A model generated the notes under the pieces. That model was not told where the DNA came from. It saw only the letters and a program-made list of their open reading frames with translations, and ran no database searches. Of a DNA stretch of 64,000 nucleotides, positions 10,444-19,936 are shown piece after piece. The position numbers were made by a program, and so were the translations under genes. This stretch comes from Acidobacteriota bacterium (GTDB taxonomy: Bacteria; Acidobacteriota; UBA890; WLXD01), in the NCBI GenBank assembly GCA_965205505.1, contig CBDBHB010000009.1, positions 2,016,001-2,080,000 on the forward strand, written 5' to 3'. Numbering within the stretch: position 1 is the first letter of the stretch; every line of letters starts with the position of its first letter.

Positions 10444-11440
10444 CCCGCCTCACCGGTAACGTGATGCACCGGATGGCGCCGCCCCAGAAACCGATCGCGT
10501 CGCATGGGGCTGGAAGCGGTTCCACGCCATGCTTGTCGAGGATGTCCATGATTCGGCCGAATCGTGGGTTGATCATGTAATGGCTGTCGTCGAGGCTGAT
10601 GCCGACGGTGGCGTGCGCGTCCATTTCCTCTCGCGTGATCTCCAGCACCTCCCAATCCTCGAGCGGTTCGGGTAACCCCTCCTCGAGGGCTGGTAGATGG
10701 GCCATGAGCAGACCCTCGCGCAGCAGGCACACGACGCCGAGCGCATGAAGTATTCTGCCCTTTATCGGCATGGGGTGCACGCTGTAGCCGAAGTCTCCGA
10801 TGTAGCGGGCGAGCCAGTCGACGCCAGCGCGGTCCGAGCACAGATCACCGACCCCGACAATGACATCATGGTCGTGGATCAGAATATCGCCGCCCTCCAG
10901 GAACGGCCCCGGTCCTTCATCCGGCGGTGTCCAAGGGCCCGATGTCGGCATGGCCACGTAGTGGGCCTCGGGATCGGCCTCGATCATCGGCAAGATCAGG
11001 TCGCGCAGCGGGAAAACCTCTTTGCGGCGATAGGCGCGTCGGATCGAAACCTCTATGTAGTGCTTCCCGATGACGAACACCGGGTCGGCGACATAGAGTT
11101 GGGAATGGCCTCGTTGCAGGTGGTCAAGGTAGAGGACTTCCTCGCGCGCATAGGGGCGCACGCGATGCACCGTTATGCCGAATCGCTCATAGGTCGCGGC
11201 GATGCCGTCCATCTGCTCGACGGTGGCTTGCCAACGCTCGGGAAACGCCGCCGTGATCTCGAGCGGCTTGCCGTTATTGTTGATCAGGGCGGCGCGCAGT
11301 TCCTCGTTGTAGTGACTGAGGTCTTTGGAGAACGGCGGCAGAGTCAGCCCGTCTGCGATGCCGACCACCACCTCGCGCAGCTTGCCGAACTCGCCGTGCG
11401 AGCCGAAACCGGACGCTTGCATCCCGACGTCGATTGCCAT
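10433..11440 (-). CDS. Amidinotransferase / arginine deiminase superfamily enzyme
   Basis: EFGKLREVVVG, FLEGGD, ILH and C-terminal GAIRC (catalytic Cys position); ATG at 11440 after GGAG. Confidence 0.82.
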   Translation of the reverse strand: MAIDVGMQASGFGSHGEFGKLREVVVGIADGLTLPPFSKDLSHYNEELRAALINNNGKPLEITAAFPERWQATVEQMDGIAATYERFGITVHRVRPYAREEVLYLDHLQRGHSQLYVADPVFVIGKHYIEVSIRRAYRRKEVFPLRDLILPMIEADPEAHYVAMPTSGPWTPPDEGPGPFLEGGDILIHDHDVIVGVGDLCSDRAGVDWLARYIGDFGYSVHPMPIKGRILHALGVVCLLREGLLMAHLPALEEGLPEPLEDWEVLEITREEMDAHATVGISLDDSHYMINPRFGRIMDILDKHGVEPLPAPCDAIGFWGGAIRCITLPVRRDAA

Positions 11441-11501
11441 GTATTCTCCGAGGCTCGTGCAGTGCCAATGAACGTCATAACGACGGGGGGCGCAAGCGGG
11501 C

Positions 11502-11696
11502 ATGCAGCCGAATCTCGACGTATTTCTGCTGTTCTTCAATGCCGTGCTGAGCGTGGCGCTGGTGGCGGGAGTCGTGGTCGCGATCCTGCGCCGGGAGTAC
11601 CTCCCGGTGATCCGACGCCTGGAGGCTGCCGAGTTGGCGCAGTCCCTCGGGGAGGCAGGGGCCGGGCGCAGCGGAATCGCTGAGGACGACAAGTAG
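11502..11696 (+). CDS. Small membrane protein
   Basis: Single hydrophobic helix; abuts the next ORF. Confidence 0.5.
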   Translation: MQPNLDVFLLFFNAVLSVALVAGVVVAILRREYLPVIRRLEAAELAQSLGEAGAGRSGIAEDDK

Positions 11697-12019
11697 TGGC
11701 GACTACTGTCTTCTTCTTGACGCTGACCATTGACATCATTGTTGGCGCGCGCTCGTCGCGAGACGCGTCAAGAGCAGTGACGATTTCCGTCATGGGTGAG
11801 CGAGCCTCCACGCTCCTCATCGTGGGCACCCTTGCCGCGACTTATCTCAGCGTCGTTACCCTGAGTGCCTCGGCCAGAACCATCCAGACCATCCTTGCCA
11901 GACCCGATGGCTTGGTGGAGCTCCGGCGCGAGTACCGCAGCGTATGCACGATCGCGGCGGTGTTCTTGACGCTCGCCGTGCTGATTTGGGGGTATCTCTT
12001 CGTGAACCTGGGACTCTAG
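11696..12019 (+). CDS. Small membrane protein (about 3 TM)
   Basis: Hydrophobic segments; operon-like spacing with the BCCT gene. Confidence 0.55.
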   Translation: MATTVFFLTLTIDIIVGARSSRDASRAVTISVMGERASTLLIVGTLAATYLSVVTLSASARTIQTILARPDGLVELRREYRSVCTIAAVFLTLAVLIWGYLFVNLGL

Positions 12020-12023
12020 CAGG

Positions 12024-13595
12024 GTGCTAAGAAACTCCGCTAAGGAGCAAGCCGTGGACCCCAGCGACGGTGCGTCGGCGCCGCAGATCGACCGCGTCAT
12101 GCTCGCGGTCGTGCTGCTGGTCGTCGGCTCCACGTGCATCCCCCTGGGTCTCATGCCGGAGCGGGCGGGTGCCTTCGTCTCCGAGCTCTACGATGGTCTG
12201 ACGAGCAACTTCGGCTTCCTGTACCAGTGGTTTGCCGTCGGCGTGATCGGCTTCTTGGCGTGGCTGGCGTTCGGACGCTTCGGATCGGTGCGTCTGGGGG
12301 CCGAGCACGAGGAACCGGATTTTTCGACGTTCTCCTGGGCTGGCATGTTGTTTTGTGCCGGAACCGGAGCCGCGTTGCTGTCTTGGGGGGCGGTGGAATG
12401 GGTTGCCTATTACAACAACCCACCCTTCGGCGCAGAGCCTCGTTCCGCCGAGGCCCTCAGTTGGGCGACTGCCTATGGTCCGTTCCACTGGGGGGTGGTC
12501 GCGTGGTGTATCTACGCGTTGCCGACGGTGGCGATCGCCTATCCGTTCTACGTCAATCGGGTACCGCATCTATGCGCCAGCACGGCATGTTGCGGGCTGC
12601 TGGGGCCGGACGCGCATCGGAGCCTCTTCGGCCGATTGGTGAACCTCGCCGCCGTACTCGGAATCCTCGGCGGCGCCGGCACCTCGCTGGGCTTCATTGC
12701 CCCCTTGATCGCCGCGACCGTTGCCGAGCTCTTCGGCGTCGCCACCTTGTTCGCCCTGGAGGGTCTCGCGATGGCGATCTGCGTGGCGCTGTTCGGTGCC
12801 AGCGTGTACCTGGGCCTGGAGGCGGGGATCAAGCGGCTCAGCGATTTGAATGTGACGCTGTTCGGGCTTCTTCTGACGTACATCTTCGTCGTCGGGCCGA
12901 CATTGTTCATCCTCAAGCTATCGACCGAGACGCTGGGGTTTATGACGGCGAACTTCGTCCGCATGCTCACCTGGACGGATCCGGTCCGGGATGCCGGCTT
13001 CGTGGAGTCGTGGACCGTTTTCTACTGGGCTTGGTGGATCGCCTTCGCGCCGGTGGTGGGCACCTTCGTGACTCGTATCTCGCGCGGGCGTACGCTTCGT
13101 CAGGTGATTCTGGGGATGACCTGCCTGGGCAGCGCCGGCTGTTGGGTCTTCTTTTTTATTCTGGGCAACTACGCGCTCTTTTTGGAGATTGAGGGCCTCC
13201 TGCCGGTGAGCGACATCCTCGCCGAAGCGGGCATGAGCGTGGCGACGGCCAAGATCCTTGCTTCGCTTCCGGCAGGCACCGTGGCGCTGGCGACCATGGC
13301 CGTGGTGAGCATCGTGTCTGCCGCCACGAGCTATGACTCAGCGTCCTACACGATCGCTGCGACGGTGACCCAGGAGCTCGATGCGGCCGAGAACCCGGGT
13401 CGAGCGCACCGGTTGTTCTGGGCGCTCGTGCTCGGTACGTTGCCGCTGTTCATGCTGTTCGTCGGCGGCCTGCAGATCATACGGCTGGCGGCACTCCTGG
13501 CGTCGTTTCCGATCTTGTTCGCCGGCGTGGCGATGGCCGTGTCGCTGACGAAATCGCTCCGCGCCGACGAACGAGCACCGACGCCGCCGCGGTAG
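12024..13595 (+). CDS. BCCT family (betaine/carnitine/choline) transporter
   Basis: FSWAGMLFCAG, FHWG, WTVFYWAWWIAFAP, RISRGRT. Confidence 0.95.
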   Translation: MLRNSAKEQAVDPSDGASAPQIDRVMLAVVLLVVGSTCIPLGLMPERAGAFVSELYDGLTSNFGFLYQWFAVGVIGFLAWLAFGRFGSVRLGAEHEEPDFSTFSWAGMLFCAGTGAALLSWGAVEWVAYYNNPPFGAEPRSAEALSWATAYGPFHWGVVAWCIYALPTVAIAYPFYVNRVPHLCASTACCGLLGPDAHRSLFGRLVNLAAVLGILGGAGTSLGFIAPLIAATVAELFGVATLFALEGLAMAICVALFGASVYLGLEAGIKRLSDLNVTLFGLLLTYIFVVGPTLFILKLSTETLGFMTANFVRMLTWTDPVRDAGFVESWTVFYWAWWIAFAPVVGTFVTRISRGRTLRQVILGMTCLGSAGCWVFFFILGNYALFLEIEGLLPVSDILAEAGMSVATAKILASLPAGTVALATMAVVSIVSAATSYDSASYTIAATVTQELDAAENPGRAHRLFWALVLGTLPLFMLFVGGLQIIRLAALLASFPILFAGVAMAVSLTKSLRADERAPTPPR

Positions 13596-13617
13596 GCGCG
13601 GCCGGGTCCCGCGAACG

Positions 13618-14466
13618 TCAGAGCTCCATCGCTCGCGTCATGTCGAAGCCGCCATCGATCTTGATATTCTGCCGCACGATATAATCGTTCAGAGGCGACA
13701 CCAGGAACAGAATCAGGTTGGCAATGTCGAGCCCATCGGCGCGCCTCCCTCGTGGGATGCTCTCGGAGATCTGCCGTTCGACATCCCCGACGGAGGCTCC
13801 TTTTACGCTCGCGTACCATTCCAGCTCGTGCTCGCCGATCTGAGTAGCCACCCAGCCTGGCGTGATCGAGTTCACCAGAATGTGCTCCGGCGCGAATTCC
13901 TGGGCAACCGCCTCGGTCATCGACCACAGCGCGGCTTTGCTGGCAATGTAGGCGCCGTAGCCGGCGCCGCCGGTGAACGAAGTCACGACGTTGACGATTC
14001 TGCCGCCCCCGACCTTGCGCATCTCGGGTATCGCGGCGCGCATGGTGTAAAAGGGCCCCTTCGCGTTCACTGCGAAGGTCTTGTCCCATGCCGCCTCGGG
14101 AATCTCTAGAAACGGCCCGGTCCCCACTGTGGTGGCCGCGCAGTTCACCAGAATATCGAGTCGGCCGAACGTATCGACGGTTGCCCGAACGAGTTTCTCG
14201 ACGTCGTCGCGGCGCGTAAGGTCACAGCAAACGGCCAGGGCTCGGTCACCGATCGTTTCGACGAGGTCGTCGAGATGGGCCTTGGATCCGAGCGCCGAGT
14301 TGGCCTCCGGCGTGCGCTCGCCGAGGTCTTCGGCGTAGAGGTGGCAGATGTCGGTGACGACGACCGCTGCGCCTTCCTGCGCCAGCTTGAGAGCCGACGC
14401 CTCGCCCATGCCGCGCGCTCGCCCGCACCCCGTGATCAAGGCAACTTTGTCCTCAAGGATTCCCAT
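13618..14466 (-). CDS. SDR family oxidoreductase
   Basis: ALITGCGRARGMG, GRLDILVN, YIASK. Confidence 0.9.
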   Translation of the reverse strand: MGILEDKVALITGCGRARGMGEASALKLAQEGAAVVVTDICHLYAEDLGERTPEANSALGSKAHLDDLVETIGDRALAVCCDLTRRDDVEKLVRATVDTFGRLDILVNCAATTVGTGPFLEIPEAAWDKTFAVNAKGPFYTMRAAIPEMRKVGGGRIVNVVTSFTGGAGYGAYIASKAALWSMTEAVAQEFAPEHILVNSITPGWVATQIGEHELEWYASVKGASVGDVERQISESIPRGRRADGLDIANLILFLVSPLNDYIVRQNIKIDGGFDMTRAMEL

Positions 14467-14559
14467 ATCGGTCTGGCCTCCAAGTCGTACAGCAGTGTGC
14501 TGTTGCTATTCTCGGTGCGACTCTGCTGGCAGGTCGCTTCGCCGGGAGACTCGGCTGAG

Positions 14560-14720
14560 GAAGCTACGGCTCGGTCGGCACGGGCCGTTTCAGTTGGACC
14601 TAGCGAACCAGCCGGGATTCTACTCGCATGGATGCGCGAGCAAAACTGGAAGGTTCACCAGGTAGCCTCAACGGTCACTGTTTGGACTCGACCCCGCCTA
14701 GTGCTCCTGATCATAAGTGC
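14560..14720 (+). other. Possible serine-recombinase C-terminal / att scar
   Basis: GTAGCCTCAA at 14662; the frame reads LLAWMREQNWKVHQVASTVTVW, similar to the remnant at 32340-32559. Confidence 0.3.
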
Positions 14721-14887
14721 GGTGACGTTTGTGGCGCGCGCGACCGAGGCGAATTGTAGGAGCGGCGACGAGGGCGATGCTGGGTGTATCGTCGAGGCGC
14801 CGCGACGCCCAAGGTGGCCGGTCCCGCGGCCACCCGGAGGGCAGGGGCGGTCTCCCTGTACAGTACGTAGAACGTCGTTCGTGCCGC

Positions 14888-16582
14888 CTATACGCCCTCG
14901 GCCTTGCTGCAACGACGAGGATCGCCGCAGGCAGTCATCGTGCCCGAGCCCGATTCGAAGTGAATTCCTTCGAAGGAACCGTGGTAGAGACTCCAGGGAT
15001 TGATGACATCGAAGTCGATGCCCCGCTGCTCCACGGCCTCGCGGACATGCGCATCATAGTTCTTCTCGATCGTGATGCCGCGGTCGCCGACCGGTCCCCC
15101 GTAGCGCGGACGATTCACCGATTCCTCGATCGGCATCGCGAAGTCCATGATGTTGACGGCGTTCTGGAGCATGCACTGGGAGAGGCTCCGGCTCGGCGAC
15201 CCGCCGGCGAGAAAAGGTGCCCCGTCCTTGAACACGATCATGCCGCCGGGCCCCACGAGCCCGCGCTCGCCCGGACTGCCACCATAAATTCGCAACGAGC
15301 ACAGGTTGACGCCATTCACCCACAGACCGGTTTCGAAAGGAGCCTGGTTAGATGAGTGCACCAGGCAGGCGACGTTTCCTTGTTCGTCCGCCACGGTCAC
15401 GGCGCACGTGTCTTCGGGCAGGGCGCCGAACGACGTGTCTGACGCTAGCTGCCCGGTCTGCAGCTGCTCGAGTCGACGGCGCGCCAGCTCCTCCGGGTCG
15501 AGGTCGCTCGTATCCTGCCTGCGGTAATCGCCTTCGACGATCGTCAAGCTGCGGATCATCTGGTACATGGTCTCCGGCGATTCCGTCGGCGGGCCCTGCG
15601 CCGGGATATCCAGCAACTCCAGAACGTCCAGGGTCTCGGTGATCACCGGCAGGGAGTAGCCGTTGAAGGTGCGGTAGGCGCGCGGCAGCGCGCGAACCTC
15701 GAACCCCCGGTAGGTGCTCGAAGCCACTTCTGCGGTCGTCGCCTCGTAGCGCTCCATATCCTGGCGGGTGACGTTGCGGCCGCCTGCCTGGGAGATTCGG
15801 CAGAACTCCTCGGCAAAGTTGCCCCGGTAGAAGTATTCGTTACCTCGTTCGGCGAGCTGCTCGAGCGTATCCGCGGCCTCCACCTGGTAGAGCATCTCGC
15901 CCGGTTGAGGAATGGCACTGTTGGGCATGTAGATCCTCAGTCCCGCGTCGGAGCGGCCGATCTTCTCGGACTCCATGAAGATCTCTCCCCAGAGGAACGG
16001 ATGGGTCTCGAACCCCTCGCGAGCGTAACGGATGGCCGGGGCCATGAGCTCTTTCTTCGACTTCGTACCGAAACGCGAGAGTGATTCCTCGAAGCCGGCC
16101 CAGAACCCTGGCACACCGACTCCCCCCCATGTATCGGGAGTGCCGTCTGCTTCCTCGGCTCCAAGCGGTACATTGGCACTGCCGTCGACATACATCGTCT
16201 CGCCGCTCGCAGCTTCGTAGTACGTCAACGTCAAGTAGCCAGTAACACCCACCAGGTGCGGCTGGATGACGGTCTGCGTGATGGCGACGCAGAGCGCTGC
16301 GTCGCAGGCGTTGCCGCCGGACTTCAGGACATTGACGGCTTCGCGCGTGGCCAGCGGATGAGAGGTGATCGCCATGCCCGTCCTGCTCTGCGCGGGCGTC
16401 TTGCGACCGAACTGAGCTTCAGCGATGAGCTCCTTCCGCTTCTGGTCACCGATTTCGTATACGCCCTGCAGGGAGGCCGGATCCCGTCTGACGTTTGATT
16501 TCGAGAGACCAAACTCGCCGACTCCCGCTACGGCAGCGCCGGCGAACGCGTTCCTGAGAAAAGCTCTTCGATCGTGCTGCAT
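14888..16582 (-). CDS. ggt: Gamma-glutamyltransferase family protein with Tat signal
   Basis: DRRAFL Tat motif, GGNACDAA, GVPG, AIRYAREGF, DTCAVTVAD nucleophile, CGDPRR. Confidence 0.88.
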   Translation of the reverse strand: MQHDRRAFLRNAFAGAAVAGVGEFGLSKSNVRRDPASLQGVYEIGDQKRKELIAEAQFGRKTPAQSRTGMAITSHPLATREAVNVLKSGGNACDAALCVAITQTVIQPHLVGVTGYLTLTYYEAASGETMYVDGSANVPLGAEEADGTPDTWGGVGVPGFWAGFEESLSRFGTKSKKELMAPAIRYAREGFETHPFLWGEIFMESEKIGRSDAGLRIYMPNSAIPQPGEMLYQVEAADTLEQLAERGNEYFYRGNFAEEFCRISQAGGRNVTRQDMERYEATTAEVASSTYRGFEVRALPRAYRTFNGYSLPVITETLDVLELLDIPAQGPPTESPETMYQMIRSLTIVEGDYRRQDTSDLDPEELARRRLEQLQTGQLASDTSFGALPEDTCAVTVADEQGNVACLVHSSNQAPFETGLWVNGVNLCSLRIYGGSPGERGLVGPGGMIVFKDGAPFLAGGSPSRSLSQCMLQNAVNIMDFAMPIEESVNRPRYGGPVGDRGITIEKNYDAHVREAVEQRGIDFDVINPWSLYHGSFEGIHFESGSGTMTACGDPRRCSKAEGV

Positions 16583-16748
16583 CAGCTTTATCCCTCCGGG
16601 CTGGAGATCCTCACTCCGATAGCGCTGATCGAGGTCGGTTGTCTCAGCGTCCCATCAGCATTTCAGGCGGTACTTCCTCTCAACGACTTGGAGAAAGCCC
16701 GCAGCCAATGCTGCACCGACCCCACCGAGCACGAGCGACAAGAACGTC

Positions 16749-16783
16749 TGAAGCTTGTGGCCGCGGGAGGCGAGATCCAACGG
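16749..16783 (-). promoter_or_regulatory. Dispersed promoter-like repeat copy 3
   Basis: TGAAGCTTG...GCGAGATCCAACGG; minus strand reads TTGGAT-N17-CAAGCT, pointing toward ggt. Confidence 0.55.
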
Positions 16784-16836
16784 GTGGAACCTGACAGCGC
16801 TCCGGCGCGGTTCACGACTACGTGGACACCGACAGT

Positions 16837-18291
16837 CTATCGTCGCGCGTCCTCGCGTGAGGCGCCGAGTCGGGTCGCAAATTTCGTTTTGCGCCACCCC
16901 GAATCACCTACCGCGTTTCGAGCCCGTATACGACATTTGTATCGTGTATCCGCGGTGAGCTCGTCGAGGATCACGCCCTCGACGTTCGCATAGGCTCGCG
17001 CGACGGTGCTCCATTTATCGCCGCTCGGCTTGCATTGCACAGGGTGGAGCACCAGTGGCCTGTAACAGATGATCGTTGCGTATCGTGGTGGCGAAATGGG
17101 TCCGGATGCCAGGCGCGACGACGAGACGATGTTTGCCCATCGTGGAGGAGGAGCAACGCCGCAGACGGGCCGATTTCGCCGCCATCCTGCGGACAGATGG
17201 GCAGTTGCGGGCGATATCGGCGTTGCGCCTCGTCGACGATGCCCACTGCATCGCCTTCCTCGCCGCGCCTTGATCTCACCCGCAAATCCCATCTGCGATA
17301 TGCAACGATCATCTGTTACAGGCCACTGGTTCTTGCTGCTTTCGCGAGCCCAGCGTTCGAGAAGTTCGACGCGCCGCCGAAGGTCGCGACTGAGATCGCC
17401 GATCGATGTGATGTCGGTCAGGGTCATTGGTAGAGAGAACGCTGCCTTGTTGGTCTTCGGGTCCATCAGCTCGAGCAGGCCCGTGAGTGTGTGGCTTCCG
17501 GCTCCGCGGCGCAGGCCATCTTGACGCGTATAGTTCGAGTTTACGGCCTCGACACGGCTCTCTCTCGTGTTCGCCTCGTCTGCACGGTTCTCGAACGAGA
17601 CCCCGGCGGCGCCGCCGTAGTCGGCGACATTCACCACGACGATGTAGTCGGCGATCTGGCGTGTGCGCACCAAGCCGAAGGCGGGCGAGTCGCGTAGTGC
17701 CTTGGCAACCTGCTGCTGGACGACCGCCAGCTCGCCTCGCACCTGCATCAACGTTGACTCCATCGAGGCATTCCGGTCGGTGACGGTCGTGTCCATCGGA
17801 CCGACGAAGACGCGCGGCGCGTTGATACGCTCCGCGAGATCATCCGGCGGGTCTGCTACCTCCCGGAGCTGCACGATCTCCTTGCTCATGTCGCGGCCCG
17901 CCTGATGCGCGAGGATCGTCTGCTCCCAGCAGGTCTCGTAGTCCCCGACGCCGAAGGAGGCGATGCCGGCCATGAAGTAGACATCGGGCACCCCGGGCTG
18001 GCGCTCGTCCGCGGCCAGGAACGCCTCAAGGGCGTCCTTCTCGTCGCCCATCTGGCCGTGCGCCAGGCCCTTCAAGAAGTGTGCCGTCCACAGCGTATCG
18101 TCCGCCTTCAACACATCTTCGAGCAGGTCGAGCGCGTACGCCGGCTCACCCTGATCGATGTACTCTTGGGCCCGCTTGAGTTGCTGCTGTAGCTCTCGTC
18201 CGTCCCCGTCCTGGCGTGCCTGTGCGGGCGCAGCGACGACTAGCGCAACCAGCAGGACGCGGAACAAGGGGATATGGCCACGGTTCCGCAT
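16837..18291 (-). CDS. Secreted TPR protein; native end near 17330, ORF extended through the MITE
   Basis: Shares WTAHFLKG, YETCWEQTILAHQAGR and ERWARE with 1305-2273; homology stops at the MITE. Confidence 0.78.
   Translation of the reverse strand: MRNRGHIPLFRVLLVALVVAAPAQARQDGDGRELQQQLKRAQEYIDQGEPAYALDLLEDVLKADDTLWTAHFLKGLAHGQMGDEKDALEAFLAADERQPGVPDVYFMAGIASFGVGDYETCWEQTILAHQAGRDMSKEIVQLREVADPPDDLAERINAPRVFVGPMDTTVTDRNASMESTLMQVRGELAVVQQQVAKALRDSPAFGLVRTRQIADYIVVVNVADYGGAAGVSFENRADEANTRESRVEAVNSNYTRQDGLRRGAGSHTLTGLLELMDPKTNKAAFSLPMTLTDITSIGDLSRDLRRRVELLERWARESSKNQWPVTDDRCISQMGFAGEIKARRGRRCSGHRRRGATPISPATAHLSAGWRRNRPVCGVAPPPRWANIVSSSRLASGPISPPRYATIICYRPLVLHPVQCKPSGDKWSTVARAYANVEGVILDELTADTRYKCRIRARNAVGDSGWRKTKFATRLGASREDARR
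17051..17330. mobile_element. 280-bp MITE with 35-bp terminal inverted repeats
   Basis: 17051-17085 (ACCAGTGGCCTGTAACAGATGATCGTTGCGTATCG) is the reverse complement of 17296-17330 with 1 mismatch; no transposase inside. Confidence 0.85.
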
Positions 18292-18429
18292 CGTCGAGCC
18301 CCTTTGTCTGCGGGCAACCCTTCCCGGGGCCCCCAACGGCGACTAGCCAGAGAACCCTCTCACGATGCCTGCCACAACATCAACGGGACAAGGGTGGTCG
18401 GTGTTCTCGGGAGCACGCAACGCGATTCG

Positions 18430-18501
18430 GTAGCCGAAATCACCCTGAGTTGGAATCGGATCATCCAGGAAGAACGGGCTCGGCTCGCGGGACTCGGCTG
18501 A
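18430..18501 (+). repeat. att-scar-like repeat (VAEITLSWNRI)
   Basis: GTAGCCGAAATCACCCTGAGTTGGAATCGGAT aligns with 24044-24115; 3' end aligns with 26504-26571. Confidence 0.65.
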
Positions 18502-18532
18502 AGACGCTACAGATCCAATAGCACGAGCTGCT

Positions 18533-19393
18533 TCAGCTCGTCGGCTTGGTGAACTTCAGCAGGTAGCGATCGGTGTCGTAGCGGCCGTCATAGGTGCCCT
18601 CCTCGAAGCCGGAGGTGCTACGGTCGTCCGCTGGGTTTGCCAGCATGGCGGAGCGCCCCGACAGCTCAAAGCCCCCGGCGGTGAACTCGTCGATTACGGT
18701 CTGCTCGTTGAGGCGATGCGTCTCGGGGTCCCATCCCGGCTTGTCGCTGGCTGCCTCGACGATGCCCACGACTCCACCGGGCTTTAGGGCTCGGTGCATC
18801 TCGGCCACCGCCTCGGGGCGCGAGGGGCCCGGGACGGTCCCGAGGTCGTGGTAGTTGCGCACCGCGACCATCACGTCGACGCTGCCCGATTTCATATCCG
18901 TAAGCTTGTCGATTAGCTCGACGTTGCTCAGACCATGGTCCTGGATACGCTGCTTCAAGCCTTCCCTGGTGGAGTAGTCGGTGTCTAGACCAAAGAAACC
19001 CAGGACACTCAACACGTGCCCGTCAGCACCCATCAGGCGTGACATCAAGTGAGTGTTGTAACCCTCGGCAGGCCATAGATCCGCAACCGTCATGCCCGGC
19101 TGCATGCCCAGCCACTGGTAGACATCGATCGCTTTGCGGTCACTATCCTCGGTGCGCTCGGCATCGGGGCGCGCAGGGTCATCGAGAACGGACCGATCTA
19201 GCTGCGTCACGATCGAATCTTGTGGCAACGCCGAGGCAGTCTCTTCCGAGGCTATTGGCTCGGTTTCCGGGCTACAGGCGATCATCGTTGCCGCCACTCC
19301 CACGAGCAGCGAGAACACGTGCGTATCTCCGACTACGCCGCGACGGTTACCCTTGAACAGATTCGCTTGTCTCACCGTTGATCTCCTTTTCAC
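18533..19393 (-). CDS. Class I SAM-dependent methyltransferase-like exported protein
   Basis: MQPGMTVADL, RNYHD, ALKPGG, AGFEL, NPADD; start uncertain. Confidence 0.8.
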   Translation of the reverse strand: MKRRSTVRQANLFKGNRRGVVGDTHVFSLLVGVAATMIACSPETEPIASEETASALPQDSIVTQLDRSVLDDPARPDAERTEDSDRKAIDVYQWLGMQPGMTVADLWPAEGYNTHLMSRLMGADGHVLSVLGFFGLDTDYSTREGLKQRIQDHGLSNVELIDKLTDMKSGSVDVMVAVRNYHDLGTVPGPSRPEAVAEMHRALKPGGVVGIVEAASDKPGWDPETHRLNEQTVIDEFTAGGFELSGRSAMLANPADDRSTSGFEEGTYDGRYDTDRYLLKFTKPTS

Positions 19394-19462
19394 CGGGGAA
19401 GGTCACTAACTTCGACTCTGTTGAGTCAAGGGCGATACATCACCATGGCGCCACCACAGGGA

Positions 19463-19509
19463 TGGGTGAGCGCGTGAAGCCTATCGCCGGAGCGTGCGAG
19501 ATCCAACGG
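19463..19509 (-). promoter_or_regulatory. Dispersed promoter-like repeat copy 4
   Basis: Minus strand reads CCGTTGGAT-N17-TAGGCT-TCACGCGCTCACCC upstream of the methyltransferase. Confidence 0.7.
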
Positions 19510-19936
19510 GGCCCCGGAGCAGAATACCTGTGCGCTGACCGTACGGACGATGTCAGGAAATCGTCGGAATACCCGTGGCGACTCGGACCTCAGCCCTGCT
19601 TGCCGAGTAGCATGGGCGTCTACGCGTGCCGCCCCCTCGGGCGACTGATGGAGGTCGAATGAAGGGATTCAGCCGCCTGATCACGATCGCGTCGACTTCG
19701 CCTCGGATGGCAAGGAGACGAAGCGTGTGGCTCGCGCGATGATGCGAATGGTGGCGGCCATCAACGACGAGTTGTTGCCGCCCAGCCAAGGGGGGAGGGC
19801 CGGTGCTCGTGAAATCGGCGTCGAGCTCATCTAGGATCACCGGTCGTGGCTCCCATCAATCTCGACCCAGCATCAGAGGGGCCCTTCATAGGTGTCATAG
19901 CTGTCGTATGACACAAAACAGGTCAAGGAGCCGAGC

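Noticed and set aside
16955-19845. Similar ILDELxAD peptides at about 16960 and 19830
   Set aside because: Match is too short and flanks are unrelated; probably chance
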